Assembly (NCBI GenBank): GCA_012295275.1
Contig: CM022672.1
Location: 7,006,001-7,070,000 of the forward strand
Source of the DNA: Chrysomallon squamiferum
Taxonomy: Eukaryota; Animalia; Mollusca
Reading direction: 5' to 3'
Length of the DNA stretch: 64,000 nucleotides
Each line of letters starts with the position of its first letter. Position 1 is the first letter of the stretch. Below, piece by piece: positions 13,301-27,100 of the stretch. A program made the translations under genes and the position numbers. Under the pieces are notes generated by a model that worked only from the letters and a program-made list of their open reading frames with translations, was not told the DNA's origin and searched no databases.

Positions 13301-16300
13301 AAGATCTCATATGGCCCATTTCGTGTTTTTCATGTGGCTACACATTTGCCATGTTTGCACTTTGTGGTAATAATCAGTCTACAGGGTTATTTCAAGAAGA
13401 CTGGGCAAAGCAAGAAGTGATGGTTCTTTTGTTAATAAATTTTGCAGTATAGTGAAGGTTGCTAGAGACATGTTTGAATATTCCATTTGTACCTATAAAT
13501 GCAGGTGAACATCTCCTTTAATTTGAAAGTATTATACAAGTACCTAAAACTTCCTTGCTCACTACACTAAACTTTTTCTACTGGTCAGTCTCATTATGTG
13601 CTTATAGAGTGTGTACTGTGATCTACTGGTGATGATCCTTCTATTTATATGTATCTGTTTGTTTATTTTACTTGCATTTGATGTTCACAGATATTAATAA
13701 ACCTCTTTGACTGGCACATATGATTCATTCACTCAGTTTACTTTGAATATTTATATACTTAATTTAATGTTTACAAGAATAAAGGTAATATGTAATCAGA
13801 AGGTCAAAAGTGTGTTATTAGAGCATCACAATGTTACTGTTAACCTTCATAAAATGCCTCAAAATGTGTGTTTGTATTAAGTTTGTATTCAAGAAAATCA
13901 AAATTTGAACTGTCCCAATGCTGATCAAGCATTCTTTTATTATTACCTATTTTTAGTTGCTTTTTACCTGAAATTTATTTTTATTTTAATTATTTTAATT
14001 TTTACATTTTAAAGAATGACAACTTTTCTGTAAAATGATATCATTAAAGTTAACAGTTAAGAAGAGAAGAATGTATTGATATTCAAATATGATCAAGACT
14101 AGGTTAGTGCTATTTACAAGAAAGTTTCCAACATCTGTAATTTAATGAATATGTTGAATTTAATCAGTAACTGTTAACCTAGATCTTTTAAAACAATATC
14201 TCATAAACATGATATTATAATTGTTTCAATCAGCCTATTATTGTTGTTGTTCCTTTATATATATTTGTTTAGGTCTTTTATTCTATTTTATTCATTTATT
14301 TAGTTAGTTAGTTACTTAGTTAGTTAGTTAGTTAGGTATTTATTTATTTATTTAAATAGTTAGTTAGGTATTCATTTAGTTATTTATTTCATTATTATTA
14401 TTATTATTATTTTTTTTTTTTTAAAGTGTGATGTAATTGTCAATACTGTTGATCCAAAACTGACCTTACAAAATGTAAATGTTTCAAAATGTATTCTGAA
14501 GGCTGCTGGAACTGGTGTACTTCAAGAATGTAAAAAGTATTATCCAGATGGTATAAAGTTTGGTGCAATTGCAAAGACAGGAGCTGGAAAATTGTCATCT
14601 TGTGATAACATCTACCTTGAGCTGTCTCCTGCTGATGGACATGAAGATGCATTAAAAGCAAGTATTTAACAACCTGAAATTGTTAGTCATGCCTGTACTT
14701 TATTATATATATTTAATAAATTTGTTAATATCTTTTTGTTATCATTAAACAGAGATTTGTATTTGTGTGTTTTAGTTAACATTATACTGATGTTTGTTAT
14801 ATTTGTGTTTTAGTTAACATTACACTGATGTTTGTTATATTTGTGTTTTAGTTAACATTACACTGATGTTTGTTATATTTGTGTTTTAGTTAACATTACA
14901 CTGAGGTTTGTTATATTTGTGTTTTAGTTAACATTACACTGATGTTTGTTATATTTGTGTTTTAGTTTACATTACACTGAGGTTTGTTATCTGTGTGTTT
15001 TAGTTAACATTATACTGATGTTTGTTATCTGTGTGTTTTAGTTTACATTACACTGAGGTTTGTTATCTGTGTGTTTTAGTTAACATTACACTGATGTTTG
15101 TTATATTTGTGTTTTAGTTAACATTACACAGATATTTGTTATCTGTGTGTTTTAGTTAACATTACACTGAGGTTTCTTATCTGTGTGTTTTAGTTAACAT
15201 TACACTGATGTTTGTTATCTGTGTGTTTTAGTTAACATTACACTGATGTTTGTTATCTGTGTTTTAGTTAACATTATAGTGAGATTTGTTATCTGTGTGT
15301 TTTAGTTAACATTATACTGATGTTTGTTATCTGTGTGTTTTAGTTAACATTACACTGATGTTTGTTATCTGTGTGTTTTAGTTAACATTATACTGATGTT
15401 TGTTATCTGTGTGTTTTAGTTAACATTACACTGATGTTTGTTATCTGTGTGTTTTAGTTAACATTACACTGATGTTTGTTATCTGTGTGTTTTAGTTAAC
15501 ATTACACTGATGTTTGTTATCTGTGTGTTTTAGTTAACATTATACTGATGTTTGTTATCTGTGTGTTTTAGTTAACATTATACTGATGTTTGTTATCTGT
15601 GTGTTTTAGTTAACATTATACTGATGTTTGTTATCTGTGTGTTTTAGTTAACATTATACTGATGTTTGTTATCTGTGTGTTTTAGTTAACATTATACTGA
15701 TGTTTGTTATCTGTGTGTTTTAGTTAACATTACACTGATGTTTGTTATCTGTGTGTTTTAGTTAACATTATACTGATGTTTGTTATCTGTGTGTTTTAGT
15801 TAACATTATACTGATGTTTGTTATCTGTGTGTTTTAGTTAACATTACACTGATGTTTGTTATCTGTGTGTTTTAGTTAACATTATACTGATGTTTGTTAT
15901 CTGTGTGTTTTAGTTAACATTATACTGATGTTTGTTATCTGTGTGTTTTAGTTAACATTATACTGATGTTTGTTATCTGTGTGTTTTAGTTAACATTATA
16001 GTGAGATTTGTTATCTGTGTGTTTTAGTTAACATTACACTGAGGTTTGTTATCTGTGTGTTTTAGTTTACATTACACTGATGTTTGTTATCTGTGTGTTT
16101 TAGTTAACATTATAGTGAGATTTGTTATCTGTGTGTGTATTAGTTAACATCACTGTGATGTTTGTTCGTGTATTTTAGAGTTTGTGTCATGTCATGAAAG
16201 CTTGTTTCGATGAAGCATCAACTGATAAGAAGAAAGCAATTGCCTTTCCAGTGTTGGGTACAGGAATTTTAAACTATCGAGTAGATGAAGTAGCAAAATG

Positions 16301-19300
16301 TATGTTTGATTGTGCTGAAAGGTTTTTCCTTGATAATGCACACTCATCAATTGAAAAGGTGCTGTTTGTGGTGCATCCTAAAAATGAAGATTGTATCAAA
16401 GTGAGGAAACTTTTTGTTTATTTTTGATCTCTTTCTGAATATTATCTTTAATTATGTGTAATAGGAGCTTGCTAAAAATTATTGTATAAAAAAAGAAGAG
16501 TTGAAACATAAAACTTTTTTATTTCTTCCTTTTACAGGTTAACAAATCTTTAATAAAATATTATAAAACTGAAAAATTCTGAAAGAAAACTTTGTATAGA
16601 TATTTTAAAGTAAATTGTATGTAATTTCAATCATCATATATTCCAATCTGTGTAACTCTTCATTAATTTCCTAACAGAAATATTGATATATTCACATGAT
16701 TGACCTTGCTAGGCTTTATCAAATGCATTTGTTCTGGTTCCTTGTGTTTGATTTTTTTTGTGGCTTTTTCACATTTTTCAGGTTTGTTCACAAGTCAGTA
16801 AGCTATCAGTGTGACATGTTAATTAAAATGTATTTATATGTATTTATATGTATTTACATGGCCTGCAGAAGGAAGAACCTGCTGCATGATACAGTTACCA
16901 AATGAAATAAATTTGAATACGTTATGTACTTGTTAACAGTGTTAATGAGTGAAATACTCTACAAAGCATGTGCTGAGCAATGAAAATGTATGAATATTTT
17001 TTTGTAGTATCCAGTTATAGCAGTTAGCCATATGCCTGGTAATTCATCATTTTGTAAATGCCATGTACCTGTTGATTTTAACATTTAATAGCTACCATAT
17101 ACCTGTTGATTCATCATCAAACTTGTTTGAAAGTGAGATATGACAGAAAGGCAAGCAATAATAAAAAATAATGAGTTGTTAAGTTGTATGTATAATACAA
17201 AGAGATTACTGCTGTTCTAAAGTTTTAAAACATTGAAATATCAAAACAGTTTTAAAAAAAAGTGTTGAACAAGTGTTACAGATCAGATTAACCTGGAGAA
17301 AAGTTTTCACATTTATCAGTCAGATATGCTATTACAAACAGGTTTTTAAAATAACGAAATAAAAAATACATTTATTAATGGAAGTACAACAATGTATTGC
17401 TATTTATACTTTTTATTTAATAAATACACTGTGATATGGATAATAAATCTTGGTGTCAAAATTATTTAATCCAGATTTAAAATCATGCTTCATAACAAAC
17501 TGTTACTTGAAGAAACAAATAAATACTGTTTAATATAAAAACCATTGATGCAGTTTGCCATTAATATGATATCATTCATTTTAATCATTTTTGATCAGTT
17601 TCTACTGTTTATTTACTTATTTATTTTTTTAAATTGTTATTTTTTATTTATTCAGTTATTTATTTGTTTGTAATCACATTTTAAGCAAGGTAAAGCTTTG
17701 ACTGTTGTTTGCAGGTTTCTATTGCTGAAGAAATAGCTCGGAGCTATGGACTACACAGCAGAATGTGTGAACAATGTAAGTACTGTTAACATTACTTCTC
17801 CTTCAGAAAATTCATTAAGTCATAAAGGTGATTAATATACACAGAGTGTCCCAAAAGTAAACAAAGTACAAACTTAAATAAAATTAGATGTTAAAAATAA
17901 CAAATTTAATTCCATCTTTTATGTCATTTTTATGTTATCTTTTGTACTATTCATTTACTTCTGTCAGTTGTAGTCTTTGGAATGGTTTTTGTTACCTGAT
18001 TGTAGTGTTCTTCGTGATCGAGACTTCTGTTCTAGCGCGCTGCTGGACTCTCCATGGTTTGACTTGAAATGGTACCCTCACTCTTAAAAATGCAGCGAAG
18101 AACTTTAGATTTAAACGAATGTATCTTCGTTATTAAGAATTACTATGCAATGACTAGCTACAAGCATGTTGAAGAAAGATGGGAAGTAAACTTTAGAACA
18201 CCTGTACCAAGTAAATCGACTATGTTCAATCTTGTATCCAAATTTGAAGTCAAATGCTCCTAAAAAAGGTCATCCAAAAACAGTTTGTTCACCTGAAAAC
18301 AAGGATCTGACACCACCTGATTTCTTTCTATGGGGAGTTCTAAAAAACGCAGTTTATGCTAATAAACCTAGGACCATTGATCAACTGAAACAAAGTATTC
18401 AGCATGAATGGAACCAAATTTCAGTGGAAACTTGGCAAAAAGTATGTCGCAGTGTTGTCAAAAGGTGTTGTGATTGTATTGAAGTTGAAGATAGACATTT
18501 TGAACATTTGTAAATACTAAATATACAGATTAAATTTGTTGTTTTTAATATCAATTTTTTTTTAAGTTTGCGTTTCAGTTACTTTTGGGACACCCTGTAT
18601 ATACACACACATGAATCTATATATTATGTGCATGTTTGTGTCATTTGCACTAATTAAAACATCAGAACTTGCCTGTATACTTCTTTCATGAAGGAAATCT
18701 TTCTTCCTCTGTTTTAGGACTGAATGATTGTGAATATCCTGTAAGAGTTTCTCATAGAGACATTTGTAACCTTTATCATAAACATTCTGATTTTAATATA
18801 TCTCTTTTTATATTTATATATATACATATATATATATATATCTTTTTATATCATTAAGCAAGTCACACATCACATTTCTATTTGAATATATGCAGCATCA
18901 GTAAATATTTTCTGTTTTCATTTTCATTGAAAAAATATGCATTATTTCTTTTTTTCTTCTTCTTTTTTTTTTGTAATTTATTATGTTATATATTTATTGT
19001 GTATTAAAAGAGCTATGTGGATCTGTTTGAGTTTTGTGACAAAGCCATATTTCAGATAACATATTGTGTGCTTACAGTGTCTGACAAAAAAGAACACCTG
19101 TATGTTTTTCATGACAATGTCATGCTTCAGATAATATCTGGTGATGACAGTGACTGCACAGCTACTAACAGTGGTGGAATCTGTGTCCTCAGTGAAGGTG
19201 ACATTTTTGAGTTACAGATTTATTATTCTGAGATGATTAGATTTCATTATCTGTATAAAGCATTTGTATTCTCAGTGTATACATGAACGGTTTCTGTTGT

Positions 19301-21054
19301 GAATATTAATTGCTTGTAAGAATTCAGTAGATCACAAAAACAATTTCTTATTTCATTGCAATATTTTCTGATATTTTCACATGCTATGCAGTTTGAGCTA
19401 TTTATCCATTCAATTCACATTAAACGTAGATTAGCATGTTAAGAAAACTATACCTCCACATCACAGCATGTAGGATATAAAAATAAACAAATCATTGTTT
19501 TGAGTATTTTATTGTTTGGCATTATAATAAATTTGCATATTTAGGTGACAGTGGATGGGAACAAAGTGCAGATTTGTTACCTGACAATAAAGAAGGTATG
19601 TACAGGAACTGTTCTGTTTGGAAAATGAGTAACTCATATTAAATTATGTGTCCTCATGTTTAAATGTAAACTGTACCCATTACACTCAAAATTGTTTGTT
19701 TTTTTATACATTATCATTTTCACAATGGTATTATGATTAAGGACTAAATGAAATATGTACTGGTTATTATGTATAATTATGTATATTATTACTTTTTTAT
19801 TATTATTTTACTTTTTCCAAGATAATTATCAAACTAGGTAATAAATACAAAGCTACTGTAACAAGTGACTTATCGTGCAGTGATTTTAAAGAAATAATTT
19901 TAAAGTAAAAATAAAACTGCAGTTATTCTAAACTAAATTGTTTCTTCTTTTTCAAACACTGGCAGAATTCATGACTTCCTTGCAGTCAGAAACACTTTTA
20001 AGGACACATCCATGTCCAGTACCCCTGGGTGTTGTTATACACTGCTGGGCAAAGAATAAGGATAAGTTGGAGGATGTAATTAAAAAGGGACTGAAAGACA
20101 TCGCAAAGGAAAAACTCCTTGCTGCTCAGATACTACTGTTACCCAGTAAATTTTTTGTTTTCAGTTCTTCTCCACTAACTCATCTCAACCTTTCATCTAG
20201 ATAGTCTTAAAAGTGAATTCTATCAAAAGTTTTTAAATGTTTATTTATTAATTAATTTAATTATTACAATTAATTTAAATGTTAGACTTAGTGGCAGTTT
20301 ATTTTATTTAAATGTTTAGTTTTTGCTATAAGAGATTTTACATACAATAGCATTTTAACAGTTCTTTCTACAGTGGCATGCCTTAGTTTGAAATGGTAAA
20401 TAAAACATTTCTGAAAATTAGAATGAGATTAAGAACAATACATTATTTTTATTTATTTGTTGTTGGACATAATCTGAGCATTAAACTAATCAATATTTCT
20501 ATTTATTTGTTGATTTTTTTTGTGTTTACATGTTGAAAGTAACTGGATTTACTTTTGTTTCTTTTTTTTTTCTTTGTTTTTAAAAATTTAATTATAATTA
20601 CTATTATTTATTTATTTATTTCTTCGTACTTTTTTTATTAAGTGTTTAAAGAAAATGAAATTTATGCAGTGGAAATGATCAACAGTATCATCAATGCAAT
20701 GACTAACAAGAAGAACAAGGCAGATACAGGGCTTCATCTTGTGTCACTCATCATCAGTGACCAGAACGTCTTTGATACAGTTACTGACAGTGTTAACACA
20801 CAGCTTCAACAGAAAGATGTCAAACTGAATAAAGCATCTGTCACATCATTCTCTACTTCATCAGGTGTGTGTTTATATATATATATTTAAATTCAGTTCA
20901 TATCTCTTATATATTGAAGATTTAAAAAAATAAAAAATGAAGCTTTGGAATATTTGTGTCTGTCTACATCAGACACACTATGAAATGTCCAGCATTGTTT
21001 CTTTGCTCTGTTAATCCTTTAGAATCTGATCTACACTGTTAATTATTTATTTGT

Positions 21055-21113
<59 letters not shown>

Positions 21114-24100
21114 TTCTTTGTTGGAATAATCAATAATTAATTACAGCAGAATAGTTACTCATGCTTGTAATTTGTTCATTCCTGTTAAATAAGAAAATCT
21201 GTAATTGTTCACTGTGAAATAAATAATTTGAAAATAATTCTTATCTCTTTCATCACTCCTCTTTTGTTTTTCTGTTTATGAACAACATCTGTTTTTTTTT
21301 TTCATTTTTATTTCATGTGAATTTCTGATTGTATTGATATTTGTTTATCAGATTCATATAAATGGTTTGAATCCGTATGGAACCAGAGTGACAGAGAAGA
21401 TGTAGTTTCAGTTTTTGGAGAAACAGAAGAAAACATCACTCCAGCTTTGGAAAAGATGAAAACCATTATTTGTCCAGTTTGTATTTACTTTTTTCAGTTT
21501 TTGTCTGCTTAGAAAGTTAGGATAATTTATGAGTACATATTTCTGGTTTGTTAGGAATTGAAACTATTACTTTTTATCATCAGATTAATGCAGTAAAATT
21601 TCTAAATGTAATTCTGTTTGATTGTTTGATCAAATTAGTTTACAATATTAAAGCCAGCATTAACCACTTGGATCACCCAAAGATGAACTTAAATAACACT
21701 GTTACAATTTTGTTTCATGCTTTATTACTATGAAAAGAACATAATGTAGCTTTCAGAATATAACTCCCACTTACAGACTGTACATTACATAAAAAATAAA
21801 ATACTTAAAAAATAGAAAATGTTAATCATCACAGGTGTTTACCAATTCTTTTCAATAACCATTGTCCAGTAACACAGAAATTCTTTATTTATAAATTTTT
21901 AACATCTAGAATAACAACGCTGATAAAAGTATAGGTTTTCTTTCTATAAAAAGTAATTACTTTAAACATTTGAAATGAATTTTCATTCAAAATGTTTTAT
22001 AAGTATGTCCTGTGCAGATTGAATTCTTTCAGTAACCTGGGTTTTTATTCACAAACACATCAGTAGAAAGTTTTAAAGGAAAAGCCACTGACCGTCTGAA
22101 TAGAAGTTAGAACAATGTGTTTTACTTCTTCTCCTAGGAAAGCAAAAATACGGATAGTGAAAATGATGTTGGTAGTTTTGAAATAATTGACAACACAGAT
22201 GAAGGTACTATGAGCTTATCATCAGTGAATCCAGAAAAAGTTTTAATACCACAAAACGGTAAGTAAACATTCCAGCACATAACATTTCTACTAGTAATGT
22301 CACGTTTGTGAAAACAGTGTTTACTAATCTTAACCACCAAAAATATTAACTCACATTAAATTCCGTAACTTGTTTTTTTTATCTCTGCATCAACAAAAAC
22401 TAATTTTTCAATTTTATATTATATTTGTTTTGTTGTTATTTTCACAGTGTTGGGTAATATCCCAGTCAGATAATCAGTTTGATGTAAATAACCTCTCATA
22501 ATTTCTTCATTTTTATTTATTTTATTTTTTTATATCATTATTGATCTCCTTTTCACTATTCATCATCTCACTGTATGAACACACATTTGACGTTTGGGAA
22601 ATATAAAATTTTTACTGTTATAAACATTTTAAACAAAATTTCTTGAGTGGATAAGTAACCTCCCAGAAAAACTCTAGCAAGTAAAAATGTGGTCAAAGGC
22701 AAGTCCTTAAATTAATAGTAACATTAGAACTTAAAATCTGTTACATTATTATTACTAATGATAAGTTCTAATCAACTGATTAATCAGAATGTGACCTTTT
22801 CATGTTGTAATGTGCTAATCACAAACACATAAACATGCATTACTTGTAGACAGTAATGGAAAAACTCTGTGAAGACATTTTCATAATGAAATAAATAGTG
22901 CACTGTTTCTTCTAATTAATGCAGTGTGAAAAGTATACAGAAAGTCAAGATAAAGTATAATGTGGTCTTTGAGAATATCTTAGTATGTTTCAGTTACATA
23001 AAACAATTGATCTGATTTTATAAACACATTTTAGTAAATTTAATGTACTTAATTTTTAAATTTTATTTCATTTTATTTTATTGCATTTTTAATGTGGAAT
23101 TTAACTCAAGGCTAATGCTCTCTGTTCTTTTTTCAGCAACTGTAACATGTGTTAAGCCTTTTCTCACATGAAGCTAAATTTTATAGTTACTTGTTCTTTT
23201 ACTAATTTCCTTTTTCCTTGTGTTCAGAACAGATAAACTTTTATAATGTAAATCTGAGTAACATGGATTCCAGTTTGGTTTTGAAAGAATTAACATGAGT
23301 ATATGTATGTTAAAATTGTCTAAGTTGTGGCCATCACAAAACTTAGAATGAACATTATTTGAAGTAAATATCCTCTAAATATAAAGAAATATATATAATA
23401 CAATTCAAAGTTACATGTACTTCAAGCTGAACCTTTACAGATCTTTTTAAATACATGTTTGAATAGGATACAATTGGATAGAAAATGGATATGTTAATGT
23501 TACATGAATAGACCTGAAGTGAAAAAAGAAAGACAAACTTGCTGTGAAGTAGATGTGTAAATGGTTTTTAATTTGTGTTTTGTCTGTTACAGTTCAGCAT
23601 GAAACAACATCTGAGTTACAAACGACTAAACAGTCCACAGGTGATCAGGAAAAGTAAGTAATAGTTTTATAATATTGGACACAATAAATGAGATAGTTAT
23701 AAATTTCTGTTGAATAGCAATCAGAAATGAGAGACAAATATAAATATGCCAGTTTGCACGATTGATTTAATTATGATATGTGTGTGTGTGTGTTTTGGAT
23801 TTTAACATTCTCAGTTAAAATATGTATTTTTCATTAAATTAAAGGTTTCTAGAACTATGTGGGTCACATGTTATTTGGTTAATAGTCATTTAGATAACCT
23901 TTTTTCTGGGTTTTTTTGTAAAACTTAGGTCTGCCTGTGAACCTGATGTGGAGTCCAGTGATCCTACCTGTATTTTGTTAGAAGCAGTCCAGTCACTTGA
24001 TGGAAATATGGATTCTTTGAGGGAAAAATTAGCTAAAAATAAACATACACCCGCTGCAATTTTGTATCCACACCCTATCAACTCGGAAGAGAAAGCAATA

Positions 24101-27100
24101 ATTGTTTTTGAAAAGTCAGAAGGTAAGAGATATCATACTATACTTTCATAATTGAATTACATTTTTATTGATGTGTTAAGAATATTCCTATCTTCATTCA
24201 TGTCAGACATGTTTGTTTTTATTTTAATGTTACTGTTATTTTTTAAATATTGTATTTCTTCAACACTGAAAAATAAAAACAATTTTAGAAAATCACCTAA
24301 AACTGTTAGGTCCTTTAACAAAATTACTATTATGGTTAAACTAAAAAATATTTTCTAAATATTTTATTTTATTTTTAAAAATTATCACAATGATTACAGT
24401 ATCAATAAATTTTGTCCAGCAAATTCTGTTTGGGTAGTGGAATGTTTTACTCACATGCAAACACACACTTGTACATACATTCACACAAAAACACATTATT
24501 TTGGGCCTGCTATTCCTACTAATAGTGTTTTTATTTACTGGAAAAATATCATCATTGGGTGTGTTTTATTTTCCCAGATGTTAAACAAATCTTGGACAAA
24601 AAATTACTTTCTGAACATGAGCCACAAAAACTGCAGCCAGTAAGAATATTACAATCCTCACATTTTCATTACAAAACATACCTCTCTTATGGACCTATTA
24701 GGTTAAATAAAATTTTAAATAAAATAGAATCAAATATCAAATACAAACATTTTCATTAAAGCTGGGTAATAAATTTTCAACATGAAATGTTACAAACTGT
24801 TCTTTAACTAGTGAGTTATATAATCATAATAAATTAATTTATCAATGTACATTGTACATGTTGTATTCTTCTTAGCATAAATATATATAATTTCTGTTTT
24901 TTAATTTCTGTAGCTATTTCATATTGTAAATATAAGAAGTGAAAAGTTATTCTAATAATTTATTTACTTTATTCTGTATATATGTCATATTCTGTGAATC
25001 CTCTTTTTAGCATCTCATAAACAGCAGCTCTGAAATCGACAGAAAAACATTTGAAAAGATATCTCAAGATGAAAAACTAAAAACAGAATTCAGAAAGAAA
25101 ACGGGTCTTGTTTTTCCCCCAAAAAATAAGATTACAGGTAACTTTTTTCAGCTTGTGGCTGCAGACAAATTCTTCCATCATATTTGTCCACCTAAAAATA
25201 TGAAAACAAAGCTTGAAATTGATTTGATTCTATCTGATGCCATCAAAAAGTTGAATATTACAGAAGAAGAACAGGTAGAATACATTCCACTTGACAATGA
25301 CAAAATTTCATTAATATTTGAATATGACACAGATGAAACTAAAATGATCCAAAACAGAATTGAGGCACTGATCAGAGAAAACATCAGCACAGAGAATGCA
25401 TCATTGAAACAAGAAGAGATCACATCAGTTGTAAACAGTTTACAAGATTCTACACAAGATGTTTACTGTGCTTATATTCCACATCAAAACATGGTCGCAG
25501 TTTTCAGTGAAGATAAAAACAAACTGGAAGACGTGAAAGCGAAACTTCAGGTGAAATTGGGACTAATAAAACAAAGAGGTCGATCTAATAGAAAATGTAC
25601 TGCTTCTAAAACTGTCAGCTCCGAAGAGAAGAATCAAGCAACATCATCCATTCAGAATGTGTCAGCATCCACTTCAACAACATTCAGTGTTCACCCACTT
25701 GTCAAAGGCAAACATCTTGACGTGATGGTGTACAAAGGTAATATCACTCAGCTGTCAGTTGAGGCTATTGTAAATGCTGCTAATGGTCATTTATCTCATG
25801 GAGCTGGAGTAGCAAGAGCAATAGCTGATGCAGCAGGAGAAGACTTGGTTAAAGAAGGAAACAAGTTTGTTAGAGAGCAAGGACAAATTGCTGTGACTGG
25901 TGTTGCTGTCACCACAGCTGGACGACTTCCCTATCACTGTGTACTTCATGCTGTAGGTCCTGCTTACAGTGATTACAAGGACAAGTCAGAATGTTTGGAA
26001 GATCTCTGTAAAACAATACTGAGATGTCTGTGTGAGGCCAGCAAAAAAAAAGTGAAATCTGTAGCAATTCCATCCATCAGTTCAGGTATTTAATTATTAC
26101 AACTATTTTACTTTGTTAAATAAAATAATGTGAACAGATATTAATTTGAAATAAGTTGTGTTTTTGATCTGATTTTCAGGTTACAACTTCAGAAATATTT
26201 CTTTCTTCACTGGTTGTAAAATTCAACCAGCTTAAATATTTCTTGGTTCAGTTGTCTACACATTTGCATACAGCTTGCCTAGCGAATCTGCCTGAAAAGT
26301 ACTTTTATTAGTATTTATTTTTAGAACTGTTTTTAAAAATTCTAATAATCATAGAAATATCCAAATACATATTTGTATTGGTATTAATATAAATGTTTTG
26401 TTATGTGAATTTATTTTATTTCAGGAATCTTTGGTGTTCCAAAGAAATCTTGTGCTGAGATGTATGTTAGAGCTGTCATTTCGTTTAACTCAGTAGTTTC
26501 TGGAGGAAGTCTGAAAGAAGTTCATTTTGTTGACATTAGTGACAACATGCTGCAGTTAATCACCAATGAGTTTGTGACAGAATGGAATAAAAAACTTGAT
26601 GAAAAAATTCTGGAAAGAGATAAAAGATTTATTGACGAGCATCTGCTTGCAAGTAAGTCTGTCTCAGCCAAACATGTGAATGCTGCAGCAGCAGGAGATA
26701 AAAATCACTCAACAACATCAACAGATAAGTGTGGCATTCAAGTCATTGTTTACCAAAAAGATATTTCTAAAGTTCATTGTGATGCAGTTGTCTGCTGGAA
26801 AGATCCCAGTTTTTCAGAAGAAGATCACACAATAGCAAGAGCAATATATCAACAAGCTGATCACGATTACAAAAAGAGGTTAAGAGAAATTAAACAGAAG
26901 ATCCCTTACCAGGAGCGTAATAAGACAGTTTTCACAGCTTATGCAGAGAAACATTTTCTGGTCATACATGGAGTGATTGAAAAGTTAAACCCAAGTATAA
27001 CTGATTTCCATGACGTTTTGACAAAAATTATTGTAAAAGCAGATAAAGACAGGATGCAATCAATTGCTATTCCAGTTTTTCAATGTTTCAAATCAGGTAC

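Noticed and set aside
14750-16165. 38-bp periodic array as a CRISPR array
   Set aside because: Head-to-tail repeats with no unique spacers, no cas genes, and located in a eukaryotic intron.
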